The notes under the pieces are model-generated. The model was not told where the DNA came from, did no database searches, and was given only the letters and a program-made list of their open reading frames with translations. From NCBI RefSeq assembly GCF_006345805.1, contig NC_043010.1, forward strand, positions 11,470,001 to 11,534,000: a DNA stretch of 64,000 nucleotides, given 5' to 3'. Both the position numbers and the translations under genes were made by a program. Source of the stretch: Octopus sinensis (lineage: Eukaryota). This document shows positions 12,243 to 25,429 of this stretch, one piece after another. Every line of letters starts with the position of its first letter. The first letter of the stretch is position 1.

Positions 12243-12954
12243 TATACACGTGTGTACACATATGTGTGTGAATGTATATATGCATATGTGAGCATATGTG
12301 AGCATATATATGTATAAAAACATGAGTGTTGGCACATGTCCTTACACAAATGTAAGTGTGTGCGTGTGTGTGTGAAAGAGGGTGTGTTTGTGTGTGTGTG
12401 TGTGTGTGAGAGAGAGAGTGTGTGTATAAGTGTGTGAGTGTGTGTGTGTTTGAGAGAGAGTGTGTGTATAAGTGTGTGAGTGTGTGTGTACCCTTCCAAA
12501 TATAAAAGACGAATCAGTCAAAAAGATTTAACTTCTTCATCCCATTACATCCAATAGTCCACCATTACTGGCACTATTCTGTCAGTAGAAATAATCCATA
12601 TTGATGTAACAGCCTGTCAACCTAAAAAAACATGTCATTCCAATTAGTTATTTTTGTCTTAATTTCGAATACTTAGCATTTATTATTGTATTTATTTATC
12701 CGTTTTTTTTTTAGATATATTTTTTAGATATTTTAGATATTTTTTTATGGTTAGTCCTGACCCTTTCCAAGACTTTTAAAGGTGGTGGGAAGGTAAAAGG
12801 AAAGTATTCTTAGACCAGAGATTGGTCAAATTCTTGCAACAAAGTGGACATTGCTAAAAGCTTCCAAGCACTAAATGGTGGTGTTACACAGGGTGTGGGG
12901 GTGAACGTGAACTGTTAGAGTATTTTTACAATTGAACACTACTGATTCAAGCGA

Positions 12955-13005
<51 letters not shown>

Positions 13006-14021
13006 CTAAATAAAATGAGATATAACCACGGATTAATAATGATATAAGCATGAAGCGATAATGATATTACGCATAAAGTGAAAGTGCCTCTTATTTGCAG
13101 AGTATTGTGAGATTCAGTATTTGCCTGTCACAAGAAGAGCAGAAGGTTATTGAGGCAACTATTAGAAGCTAAAATATAATGTGGCTTTGTGTAAAAGCCC
13201 ATCAGACTTATAATAAGAGAAATATATGAATTAAGAGGATTTTCTCTTCAACTGCTTTCTAATAAGTAAATAAGAAGAAAAAAAAATTAGAAAAAAAAAA
13301 TTAGAAATGATAAAAAAAAAAAAACTATTCATTTTATTTCAGAATGAAACAATTTGTTTTTTGTTTCCTTATTGAATACCACAAAAGACTTAGAGAGTTC
13401 TATAACCTTTTATTTGCCAGAACTACAGATGAAATTAGTGGAATTCGTATTGTTGAAGGAGCAGAAAAATCAATGTCGATATATAGAGAAATTTCTTATA
13501 TTTAGTATATTCTGAAAATAGCAAGGAATTCCTTTTAGATGTAAGACAAAGTGAGATGGTGTAAAGATAAGTAGATTTGCCAGTGTCTACCTTTAGGCTA
13601 TAAATTCTTCAGAACCATTCCTATTTTGCCATTTCTATCAAATAAAGAAAAAAGGGGAAAAGAAGTTGAGAATCTAATGTTCTTTTTACTTTCAGAAAGA
13701 ACTTACAGATTTCTTTTGTCAATCATTTTATGAACAAGTCCCTCTTCCTTTAAAGTTTCTGCCTTCATTTTGACCCTTTCTGTAACGACATCTGAACAGA
13801 GTAACATCCACTTGTTCAATCAACACTTATTGACATTCATTAATATAACTGAATTTTAGCTCCATGTTTTCAGCAATTAATTTCCTGCTCAATGCATTAG
13901 AGTATATTAGAGTATGTAGCATGTGTGTATATGTGTGTGTGTGTGTGTGTATATACATACAAATCTATACACACAAGTATTTAATACATATATATGTATC
14001 TACATACATAGTTATATATAC

Positions 14022-14095
<74 letters not shown>

Positions 14096-14114
14096 GTATA
14101 TATATATATTATAT

Positions 14115-14159
<45 letters not shown>

Positions 14160-14339
14160 TATATGTATATATATATATGTATATATATGATGGGCTTCTT
14201 TCTGTTTCTGTCTATCAAACCCACTTATAAGGGTTTGGTTGGCTTGATGCTATAGTATGTTCTATAAAAGGTGCTATGCAATGGGACGAAAGCATATAGT
14301 TAGGAAGCTAGCTTCTTACCACACAGACATGCCTGTGCT

Positions 14340-14680
14340 TATCATCATCATCATCATCATCATCATCATTGTTTAGTGTCCGCTTTCCATGCTGGCATGG
14401 GTTGGACGGTTCGACCGGGGATCTGGGAAGCCAGAAGGCTGCACCAGGCTCCAGTCTAATCTGGCAGTGTTTCTACGGCTGGATGCCCTTCCTAACGCCA
14501 ACCACTCCATGAGTGTAGTGGGTGCTTTTTACGTGCCACTGGCACAGGTGCCAGACGTGGCTGGCAAACGGCCATGATCAGATGGTGCATTTTACGTCCC
14601 ACCAGCACGGAGACCAGGCAAGGCTGGCAACGACCACGATCGGATGGTGCTTTTTACGTGCCACCGGCACAGAAGCCGGT
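14340..14680 (-). mobile_element. Retroposon family I
   Basis: (CAT)n followed by the reverse-complement family-I end. Confidence 0.82.
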
Positions 14681-14707
14681 CAGCTAATATGTATATATAT
14701 ATAATAT

Positions 14708-14785
<78 letters not shown>

Positions 14786-14869
14786 ATAATATATATATAC
14801 ACACACATATATATATATACACACACACACACACATATATATATATATGGGTATATATACATATAGGTT

Positions 14870-15098
14870 TTATGTTTTACTTGTTTCAATCATTAGACTG
14901 CAGCCATGCTGAGGCACCACCTAGAGGAGTTTTGGTCAAATGAGTCAACCCTACTACTTTTTGTTTTAAGCCTGCTACTTATAGCATCTGTCTGTTTTGC
15001 TGAACTGCTAAGTTATGGAGATGTAAACACACCAACACCAGTTGTGAAGTGGTGATGGGGCTCAAATGCAAAAACAAAAGCCCAGGCACTCACAGATA

Positions 15099-15181
<83 letters not shown>

Positions 15182-15186
15182 ATATC

Positions 15187-15238
<52 letters not shown>

Positions 15239-15495
15239 TATATGTTTATATTTATATATATATTATATATATATATATATATATGTCTTTGTGCCTGTGT
15301 TTGCCCTCCCCACCACCATGACTTGACAACTGATATTGGTGTGTTTATGTCCCTAAAACTTAGCAGTTCAGTTCACAAAAGAGACTGATAAAATAAGTAC
15401 TAGGCTTACAAAGAATAAATCCTGGGTTCAGTTTCTTCGACTAAAGGTGGTGCTCCAGCATGGCTGCAATCAAATGACTGAAATGTGTAAAAGAG
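14870..15495. mobile_element. Two family-C 3' halves in inverted orientation around (TATC)n and (TA)n
   Basis: ~14870-15090 on minus and ~15283-15495 on plus. Confidence 0.7.
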
Positions 15496-15667
15496 TATAT
15501 ATATCATCATCATCATCATCCTCGTTTAACATCCGCTTTCCATGCTAGCATGGGTTGGACAATTTGACTGAGGTCTGGCAAACCAGATGTACAAATATTA
15601 TTGCAATATAACATATATATGTATGTATATATACACGTATACGCACATGTATATTTATGTAAGTATA

Positions 15668-15717
<50 letters not shown>

Positions 15718-15889
15718 TGTGTGTGTTTGTCTTCATGTTCTTACATTGATACTACTCAGGCCACAAGTCAGTGGTTTGATGTGCTCAGACCATTGGAATA
15801 AAATACCTTCCTTGTAAACAAGGTTGACTTCAGAATATGCCAACATGGAAAAAACATACACGAAGTAATGATATAAATATATGTGTATA

Positions 15890-15954
<65 letters not shown>

Positions 15955-16047
15955 ATCAACTTGCCCGCATTATTCTTCATTCAGTTTCTCTCTAATCTTT
16001 ATATCTTTCATTCTCTCTCTGAAATTATATATATATATATATATATA

Positions 16048-16335
16048 TCATCATCATCATTTTACGTCTGATTTTCATGCTGGCATGGGTTGGATGGTTT
16101 GACTGAGGACTGGTGAACCAGAGGCTGCACCAGGCTCAATCTGGTCTGGCAAAGTTTCTACAGCTGGATGACCTTCCTAACGCCAACCACGCTGAGAGTG
16201 TAATGGGTGCTTTTACATTCCACCAGCACAAGGGCCAGTTAGGTGGTACTAGCAACGACCACACTCAAAAGGTGTTTTTATGTGCTACCTGCATGGGAGC
16301 CAAATCCGGCAGCACTGGTAATGACCACACTTGAA
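16048..16335 (-). mobile_element. Retroposon family I
   Basis: (CAT)n followed by the reverse-complement family-I end. Confidence 0.8.
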
Positions 16336-16339
16336 TGTT

Positions 16340-16385
16340 GTATGTATGTATATGTATGTATGTAGGTATATAGATAGACAGATAA

Positions 16386-16418
<33 letters not shown>

Positions 16419-16500
16419 CAGAATGAGAGAACACATGAGAAGAAGGACATAGAGAGAGGATAGTGATATTGATGAGTAGAACGATGATGATGATGATGAC

Positions 16501-16533
<33 letters not shown>

Positions 16534-16695
16534 GGTGGTGGTGGTGGTGGTGGTGGTGATTTTGGTGGTGGTGATTTTGGTGGTGGTGATTTTGGTGGTG
16601 GTGGTGGTGGTGGTGGTAGTGATGGTAGTGGTGGTGGTGGTGGTGGTGGTGGTGGTGGAGGTGGTGGTGGAGGTGGTGGTGGTGGCGGTGATGGC
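16340..16695. repeat. (GA)n, (GAT)n and (GGT)n compound microsatellite
   Basis: Read directly; source of the spurious poly-Pro and poly-His ORFs. Confidence 0.95.
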
Positions 16696-17295
16696 AGCTG
16701 TTTGAAAACTGGATCAAAACGGTCGACATGCATACTGTATTCTTTTGTAATATGTGAACGCAGGTTATTACTCTATTGCTTAAACCATAGTTATTGAAAC
16801 AGATTGGAAATTATATTCACACCAACGGTAAATAATAATTAGACATACATTAATAAAATATATTGGTCTTTAAATTCCTAATTATGTGTATTCAACGAGA
16901 GATCAAAAGCCAGGTAAATAGTGATTAAGTATTCAATTGATATTTATACAGGTATGCTAGACCAAGACAGACAAACATAAACAACTTCTTGAAAGCGATT
17001 TTAAGAAACTGGATCTGTTAACTAATGCTTCTCAACAGAGTGCATAGCTGAGTGATCCGGGAGTCTCCCAGGATGAGCTGCACTATTTCTGCATCGAGGA
17101 GTCAAACATTTGGTGCTATGGACTTCTGATCAGAACGTATAAGAATGGATTGCAAGATGGATTCTTCAAGTGAAACCAACTGGTGGAGGGGGGGGTGGGG
17201 AACATATGGCAGTTGCATCTAATAAGACCCTAGAGAGGAGGTGTCTGAGGACTCTACCCCCCACTATCCTGCAAGGAATAATGGGCAGAAAAAAA

Positions 17296-17530
17296 TGGAT
17301 GGATGGATGCATTTGATGAATCGATGGATGGATGGATGGATGAATGGATGGATGAATGGATGGATGGATAGATGAATGGATGGATGGATGGATGGATGGA
17401 TGGATGGAAGGATGGATGGATGGATGAATGGATGGATGAATGGATGGATGAATGGATGGATGGATAGATGAATGGATGGATGGATGGATGGATGGATGGA
17501 AGGATGGATGGATGAAAGGATGGATGGGAT
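17296..17530. repeat. (GGAT)n microsatellite
   Basis: Read directly from the sequence. Confidence 0.95.
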
Positions 17531-17699
17531 CAATTTAATTCTAGTTGGTGTTTGATTTTACACCCAGAAACGCATATCTGTAGTATTTCAATAATTAATC
17601 CATTGTTGATTGTCTTTAATCAGTCAAAAAACAACAAAGATGATGACGACGACAACAACAACAACAATGACAATAATGATGATAAAATAATGATAATAA

Positions 17700-18407
17700 T
17701 CCTTTCTACAAGGCCTGAAATTTGAGGGAGGGAGCTGGTCGATTACATTGAACCTCAGTACTTAACTGGTATTTATTTCATCAAGTCTGAAAGGATGAAA
17801 GACAAAGTCAACCTCAACAGAATTTGAACTCTGAATGTAAGGACATACTACTAAGCAGTTTACCTGGGTGTGCTAATGATCCTGCAAGCTTGCTGCCTTG
17901 ATTGTAATAATAATAATAATAATAATATAATAATAATAATAATTTTAATAATAATATAATAATAATAATAATAATTTTAATAATAATAAAATATAATATT
18001 ACTACCATGTATTTTAATTTAACTTTAAAAAAAAATGAACGAACTAGTGAGTTTAGTTTAATGGCCTACAAATATACTATGAGTTTCTTTGCCCTAGGGT
18101 GGGAAGACACTCGGCAAGAAATGAAGCAAATTTGAAGAGAAGAAAAAAAAAGATAATAATAATAATAATAATAATAATAATTTATTTCTTTATTGCCCAC
18201 AGGGGGCTAAACATAGAGGGGAGAAATAAGAACAGACAAATCGGATTAAGTCGATTATATCGACTCCAGTGCATAACTGGTACTTATTTAATCGACCCCG
18301 AAAGAATGAAAGGCAAAGTCGACCTTGGCGGAATTTGAACTCAGAACGTAGCGGCAGACGAAACACCACTAAGCATTTCGCACGGTGTGCTAACGTTTCT
18401 GCCAGCT
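17700..18407 (-). mobile_element. Two family-B SINE copies (~17700-17900 diverged; ~18183-18407) embedded in (TAA)n
   Basis: Shared core ...gaaaggcaaagtcgacc..ggaatttgaactc... Confidence 0.8.
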
Positions 18408-18889
18408 TAATAATAATAACTATAAATTGTTTGAATTTATGCTATTTCATCTAAGGATATTGTTGTTATTTTTATCAGTTAAATAGAGAAATATTTTACA
18501 AAATTATTACATAAATGTTTGTTTGGAGGCTCCGACAATAATGCGTAAGGTATTGTAGTGTATCATTTTTCATTTACCTACATATGAGCATCAATCTGTA
18601 TATATGTAGTTATATGCATTAAGACGGAGGGAGAGAGGGTGATGAGGTTGATGAGGTTGACAGAGGGAGGGAAACAGATAGATGGACAAAGATAAAAGAG
18701 ATGCTTCTGGATGCATAGATGCATGACTGGGAGAAAAAAAGTACAGTGTGCATGTTGTAGAATTAAAGTATTTATTCAAAGCTAAATCCTCATTCTGTCA
18801 TTACACAGAATTTCCTGAGTGACTTTGAAGTGCGTGCAGAGAACAGGAAACTCAGAGTATTGAGGAAATGAAGATTTAATTTTGTATAT

Positions 18890-19279
18890 ATCTATATATA
18901 TATATATCTACACACACACATACATATATATATATGTATGTATGTATGTATGAATGTATGTATGTATGTATGTATGTATGTATGTATGTATGTATGCATG
19001 TATGCATGTATCTATGTATGTATATATATATATTTACACACATACATATATATGTACATGCATATATATATGTGTATATATATGTATACATATTGTATGC
19101 ATATATGATTATAATTATATATATATATGTATATATACATACATATATATATATATGTATGTATATATTTATATATATGTATATATATATGTGTGTATAT
19201 ATGTATGTATATCTATCTATCTATCTATCTATATATATATACATATATCTATCTATCTATATATCTATATATCTATCTA

Positions 19280-19315
<36 letters not shown>

Positions 19316-19460
19316 TGTATATACATACATATATATGTGTATATATATTTTTATGTATGTATATATATATATATATATTGTATATGTATGGGGTGGTTAT
19401 ATATATGTATATGTATATAGGTGTGTGTGTATTGGGACATACACACACACACACACCTAT
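18890..19460. repeat. (TA)/(TATG)/(TATC) compound microsatellite
   Basis: Read directly from the sequence. Confidence 0.95.
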
Positions 19461-19934
19461 ATACATACGTGGCTGATTAGCCAATATGCACTCATCGCCA
19501 TGCACCAGCTCAGTGACCAACAGCTTTGACTCTTTTTTCCTCTTTTCTACCACAACTAGAAAGGCTTCTGTTCCTATGAAATATTTCACTCTCTATACCC
19601 CTTCTTTCAAATCCATTCATGTACAATTTTTTGTGTCACATCCTTTACATCATTCACTGTTCTTCATTATTCCTGTTCAGAACTGCAGCTCTCTACATCT
19701 TTTCCTATTCCCAATTTTCTTGCTAATGTTCTGATTTTGTAATTGTTGTTGTTGTTTTATTATTGCATTCAAATTGAGGGTGATTCATAAGACTATATTT
19801 CAATCCCAGTATTTTACTGGTATTGCATTTTATGAAACATCACAGAGGTGAAAGCCAAAGTTAGTCCTTTGTCTTCTGCCATAATTCTATTTACATTATG
19901 GTGCCTTTTTTTGGAATAATAAATTCATTTCCAA

Positions 19935-20215
19935 TGTTGTTGGCATCCTTTTTGTCTCAGGAGACAATGGAGTTGCGCATAAAATAGTCCAGTCCGGCTT
20001 TTACATTTCATGTCCTGATACATTTCCTGCTGTGGCTGTGTAGTCCTATCCTGGACAAACACTCCCTCTGGCAGGTGCCGCAAATGTAGTGAAGACTGTT
20101 CCTGGCTGGTTGTAGTGTCATAGTTTCTTGTTGACGTCTTTTCTTGTCTTTCCATTTCTCCTCTCTCTCTCTGTCACTCCTTTGTATTCCCTCTTTTACG
20201 GTACGTCGCCAATCT
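19935..20215 (-). mobile_element. RTE-clade LINE 3' fragment (ORF2 C-terminus plus 3' UTR)
   Basis: Stop-free frame 20211-20008: WRRTVKEG...YICGTCQRECLSRIGLHSHSRKCIRT*, matching the RTE C-terminal CxxC..SRIGLxSH motif. Tail is ggatgcc(aac)n. Confidence 0.85.
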
Positions 20216-20337
20216 CCACAGTAACTAACTGGTATTATATTTTATTGATAATTAGAAAGCAGAAAATGCAATACAGGGCCCACATTTTGTGTTAGTTTTC
20301 TCTTATAATTTCATCTAAACCTTGGAGGCTTTATAAG

Positions 20338-20437
20338 NNNNNNNNNNNNNNNNNNNNNNNNNNNNNNNNNNNNNNNNNNNNNNNNNNNNNNNNNNNNNNN
20401 NNNNNNNNNNNNNNNNNNNNNNNNNNNNNNNNNNNNN
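20338..20437. other. Assembly gap (100 N), true size unknown
   Basis: Run of exactly 100 N. Confidence 0.99.
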
Positions 20438-20660
20438 CTTCTTCCTTTCTGTTTTTCTCTCCCACCCTTTCCCTATTCTTCTCATTTATACTATTACTAT
20501 TTTCTCTCCTCTCCCTTCATTTATGCTACTCTTTCTCCTACTCCATCCTACTCCTACTCTGTGATTTTGAACAAAGATATCATCTTCGTTTAGCTTCCGC
20601 CTTCCATGCTAGCATGGGTTGGACAAAAAAAAATATATTTATATATATATATATACATGT

Positions 20661-20950
20661 GGAGGCGCAATGGTCCAGTTGTTAGGGCAGCGGACTCGCG
20701 GTTGGAGGATCGCAGTTTCGATTCCCAGACCGGGCGTTTGGGTGTGTTTATTGAGCGAAAACCCTAAAGCTCCATGAGGCTCCGGCAGGGGGTGGTGATC
20801 CCTGCTGTGGTCCGTTCACCACTCTTTCTTCTGTTGGCCTGCTTGCTTAGCAGCGGGGTGGCATCAGTCAAAGGCTAAAACAATGCGAACGCATTGTGAC
20901 CAGCGATGTGTAACACATCTGATGGTCTGGTCGGTCACGTGATCACGTGA
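20661..20950 (+). mobile_element. tRNA-derived SINE, family D
   Basis: ggaggcgcaatggtccagttgttagggcagcggactcgcgg...gtttcgattccc (A- and B-box-like); ends gtcacgtgatcacgtga in (TA)n. Confidence 0.9.
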
Positions 20951-21012
20951 TATATATACATACATACATACATATATATATAACATATATATGCATCTAT
21001 AATATATATAGT

Positions 21013-21044
<32 letters not shown>

Positions 21045-21052
<8 letters not shown>

Positions 21053-21314
21053 AGAGTGACCACTATGTGGTTCACTCTAGTGTTAAAAATAGCTCCGATA
21101 ATGGTATAGCCACTAAAAGTTGTTTCCAAGAAGAAATACCACTACATTTAACACAAGGCAAGTGAAACACGAGAAAAATATTTTCGTTGTGTTTCATTTG
21201 CCTGCATTAAATGTAGTGGGTATTTCTTCTTGGAAACAACTTTTAGTGGCTATACCATAAGCGGAGCTATTTTTAGCACTAGAGTGAACCACACAGTGGT
21301 CACTCTCTAATATT
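21045..21314. repeat. 270-bp near-perfect palindrome (foldback)
   Basis: Arm 21045-21180 is the reverse complement of 21181-21314, roughly 90% identical by manual alignment, with essentially no spacer. Confidence 0.93.
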
Positions 21315-21413
21315 TATGTATAATTTGTATTTTTCCCTTGGTTTTTATGTGCTTAGCCACTTGGTGTTAAATGATGGTATTATTAAATTAATATCAAATT
21401 TTTCACCCTCATT

Positions 21414-21465
<52 letters not shown>

Positions 21466-21484
21466 ATATATATAATATATATCT

Positions 21485-21518
<34 letters not shown>

Positions 21519-21578
21519 ATATTCTATATATATAATATATATAATATATATATATATATACTTATACATACACATACT

Positions 21579-21874
21579 GAGGCGCAATGGCCCAATGGTT
21601 AGGGCAGCAGACTCGCGGTTGTAGGATCATGGTTTCGCTTCCCAGCCCGGACATTGTGAGTGTTTATTGAGCGAAAACACCTAAAACTCCACGAGGTTCC
21701 GGCAGGGGGTGGTGGCGATCTCCGGTGTACTCTTTTACCACAACTTCCTCTCATTCTTTCTTCTGTTGGCGAGCGGTGTGGCGTCATTTGAAAGCTAAAA
21801 CAATGTGAAGCGCATTGTGACCAGCGATGTGTAGCAACATCTGATAGCCTGGTCGGTCACGGTGATCACAGTGA
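21579..21874 (+). mobile_element. SINE family D
   Basis: Same body as the 20661 copy. Confidence 0.9.
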
Positions 21875-22310
21875 TATACACACACACACACAAACATAAA
21901 AACACTATGCTCATTATTATATTAGGAGATTGCTTAACTAAATGAAGGGCAAAGGAAATAAATATCCTACTAATACCCTACTATATTTAAATATATTTGC
22001 TATATTAGATAATAGTCTTGGAAGGATTGTTTGAAAATAAGGTGGGATGGTTATAGTAAAAGAACTGGCTGCAAAATAACTTAATGGTCACTTAATTTGC
22101 TAGAAATAGTAGCCAAAGTTACACTCTACTCTCTTGTGTAATTATAGGAAATATTAGATGATGTGAATCATTCTAAATTCTTTCCAGCCCTTAAAAGTTT
22201 ATCAAATTTTCACCAGATGTTTTTCTGATTTTCAATTCTACTGAAATTTTATATGACAATGATGAAAATCAAATTTGCTTTTTTTTTTTTCGTCTTTTCT
22301 AGAAATGATC

Positions 22311-22559
22311 CAATAGTGTTGTCCTAAAATGACAGGGTGGTCACACCTGGAATGTCTGTGATCATGGGGTCTGCTTGACTAGAGTTGACCTCAACAGCAA
22401 CAAACAACAACAACAACAACATCAAGCAACAATAGTGTTGTCCTAAAATGACAGGGTGGCCATAAAATGACAGGGTGGTCACACCTGGAATGTCTGTGAT
22501 CATGGGTCTGCTTGACTAGAGTTGACCTCAACAGCAACAAACAACAACAACAACAACAC
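22311..22559 (+). repeat. Tandem duplication of a ~120-bp unit ending in (CAA)n
   Basis: caatagtgttgtcctaaaatgacagggtgg... occurs twice; the second unit has an extra internal ~19-bp duplication. Confidence 0.9.
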
Positions 22560-23409
22560 AGCAGCAGCAAGAATAACAGCCATAAATACAACAGAACAGC
22601 AAAAGATAGAAACTAGAATTATATGTGAAGCTCAATATTTGTTATTGCTTCGATAGCAATAACAACAATAATAATTACAATGACATCTCGTAAGACGAAA
22701 ACCACACACAGGCACAAAAAAGAAAGCAAGGAGAATATGAAAGAAACTTAAAGGAAACTATTTACTACAAAAGCATTTCTGCTATCATGATTTAGGGAGT
22801 TCATCATTCTTATAGTAAATCAATATTTAGCCAGTGAGAAACTGGAATTTCCTGCTTAATAGAATGTAACTAAATGATCTGACACCTTGTAAATCAATGC
22901 ACATTGATTGTGATATAAAACAAAACCATATTATATGCAGTACTTAGAATTGAGAGATTATGAAATGGCAGCAAATGCTAAATATCTCGATCAATGTTGT
23001 AGTTTTGGTAAATCCAATACTTAGAGTGAAGGAGACAAAACAATGCATTGTTAACAAGAAAGAGTTTATTGCTGCTATCAAACACGTTGTTATGAGAATA
23101 AGGTGAATAGAAATATATAGAATTTCTTCTTTAAATTGCACCTTATTTTCAGATATGACGAACCCGATATTATAGTGCCTTTTATGAGGCAAAAAAATCT
23201 GTTTAGCATCAGTTATTGACAGATATATATATTTCGAAATGATCAAAACATAATACAATATATATCAATGTGTGGTGTGTGTGTGTGTATGAGTGTGAGG
23301 GTGTGTCTGTGTGTGTGTGTGTGTGTGTGTGTATGGGTGTGTGTGTGTGGGTGTGTGGGTGTGTGGGTGTGGGTGTGTGTGTGGGGGTGGGTGTGTTTGT
23401 GGGAGAGAG

Positions 23410-23444
<35 letters not shown>

Positions 23445-24032
23445 ATGTGTGTATGTGAATGCTTAAAACTATGGAGAAAAAGGAAATGCAAAACAAATAT
23501 GAGTCATTCTAAGGAGTTAAAAGAAATGTTAGTTCCTTAGAAATGAGATATCTTTTGTTTACAGTGTGAAGCACTGGCTCCATCTTGAATTCAGTAGAGC
23601 CTTCTTTGCGAAACTGCAAAGTTCATAAAGTTGTTCTCATGTCCTCACTGTGGAAGCATCGAAATGATATGTTTTTCAACTGTTCTAAAATTTTGTGGGG
23701 AATTTTCATGGGTTTTAGAATATATATATATCTAAAAGAGTAATGTTTTTAAGATAATAAATGTGTGTGCATGCTTGTGTGTGTGTGTGTGTGGTTTGTG
23801 CATGCGCACGTGTGTGCATGAATGTATAAGAAAGACAAGCTAAAGCAAATAAGTGAGAGTAGCCACTGGCTGATTCTGCAAGACAGATGGGACATTCCTT
23901 GCATTTCAGGAAATTCCTGCTGGCATCCTGGAACCAGATGCCAACAAGGCCAAATACGGATAGTGGTCAAAGAGAGACAGTCCCCCTTTTTTTTTTTTTG
24001 ACATGGAATAATGAAGTCTTCTCCTCCATTTT

Positions 24033-24093
24033 CTAGAGAGGCCACTTGCTAGAGAGGTCACTTGCTAAAGAGGTCACTTGCTAGAGAGGTCAC
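24033..24093. repeat. 16-bp minisatellite (ctagagaggtcacttg) x ~3.8
   Basis: Read directly from the sequence. Confidence 0.9.
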
Positions 24094-24215
24094 AGGCCAA
24101 TGGGTTTAGGGTCTGAAGAAATGCTGTAAAGCTAAGTGCTTTATAGATGTGAAACCCACAGAAACCCCATAGACTAGCCATATCTATCTTACCTATCTAT
24201 CTATCTATCTATCTT

Positions 24216-24319
<104 letters not shown>

Positions 24320-24424
24320 TATATTAAATTAGAGACAAAACCACTATTATGCAAATCAAACAAAGAAAGACTTAAGCCAATACATAAATTAATTTATATT
24401 ATTTAGAAATGTAACAATTATTAG

Positions 24425-24730
24425 CTTACGATGGTGAGGTTGTGAGCTCGAATCCCGGACCGGGCTGCATGTTGTGTTCTTGAGCAAGACACTTTATTTC
24501 ATGTTGCTCCAGTTCACTCAGCTGTAGAAATGAGTTGCAACGTCACGGGTGCCAAGCTGTATCGGCCCCTTTGCCTTTCCCTTGGATAACATTGATGATG
24601 TGGAGAGGGGAGGCCAGTATGCATGGGCGACTGCTGGTCTTCCATAAACAACTTTGCCCAGACTTGTGACGAGGAGGGTAACTTTCTAGGTGCAATCCCA
24701 TGGTCAGTGTCATGACCGAAGGGGTCCCGG
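24425..24730 (+). mobile_element. SINE-like element, family L (single copy here)
   Basis: B-box-like gagctcgaatccc followed by gtgttcttgagcaagacacttta...cactcagctgtagaaatgag, a core typical of metazoan SINE superfamilies (recalled, unverified). Confidence 0.6.
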
Positions 24731-24739
24731 CACGAGATA

Positions 24740-24772
<33 letters not shown>

Positions 24773-24985
24773 CATTTGAAGCATTCTTGTAAGGTTGTAC
24801 CCAATCTAAAGTCAACCAGTAATTTTGAATTCATGGGAACTTATCTCATGCAAGAACCATAGAAATAGGACATTTTTTCTCTTTTTACCAGGTTTGAGAA
24901 ATGAATGCTTCTGCTTTTAAAATCAGTTTTGAACATTAGTTTAGTTGTCCCAATATATATTTTCTACATTGGCGCTGTATGTTAA

Positions 24986-25150
24986 CCCTTTCATTACCGT
25001 ATTTATTTTGAGATGCTCTGTGTTTCTTTCAATTATTTTAGATATAACAAAGAATTTAGAAAAATAACTTAGTTACCATTAAGCTAGTGTTAGTAATGTA
25101 AATTGTAACTAAAGTTTGGTGGAAAATTTTAATTCAAAACTTAAGAAAAC
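24986..25150. mobile_element. Truncated copy of the same piggyBac-like MITE (left end plus part of one unit)
   Basis: TTAA|ccctttcattac followed by sequence homologous to the 48218 element; no right TIR seen. Confidence 0.75.
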
Positions 25151-25429
25151 AACTGAGACATTCAGTAACAGTTCTTTAAAGTAAAGGCTATTTGCCAACA
25201 CAATGTCCTGGAAAGGACAAATGCTACTGTTGTTTAACCCCAGGAAACATCATTTCCAGCTGGCTATATGACACAATATCTGTGTCCTTATATTTTCAAA
25301 GAGGGAATCCAGTACTCCCATCCAACATAAGACAACATCTGTGGACTGATTTCTAGATTATTACTCTTTATCAACAGAGCAGCTGCTTGGCTAGGTGGCA
25401 CTGCTGAATTCCCCATTTGAAAATACGTA

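Noticed and set aside
16265-16733. Poly-Pro (extensin-like), poly-His and poly-Val ORFs
   Set aside because: All three are frames of one (GGT)n/(GAT)n microsatellite; no splice or flanking coding context.
19925-20155. 76-aa ORF given in the track
   Set aside because: It is the wrong frame; the meaningful translation is the overlapping RTE ORF2 C-terminus.
20661-20740. tRNA gene-like sequence at the heads of SINE families B, C and D
   Set aside because: A/B-box-like motifs are present, but each continues into a SINE body and I could not fold a full cloverleaf; these are not tRNA genes.
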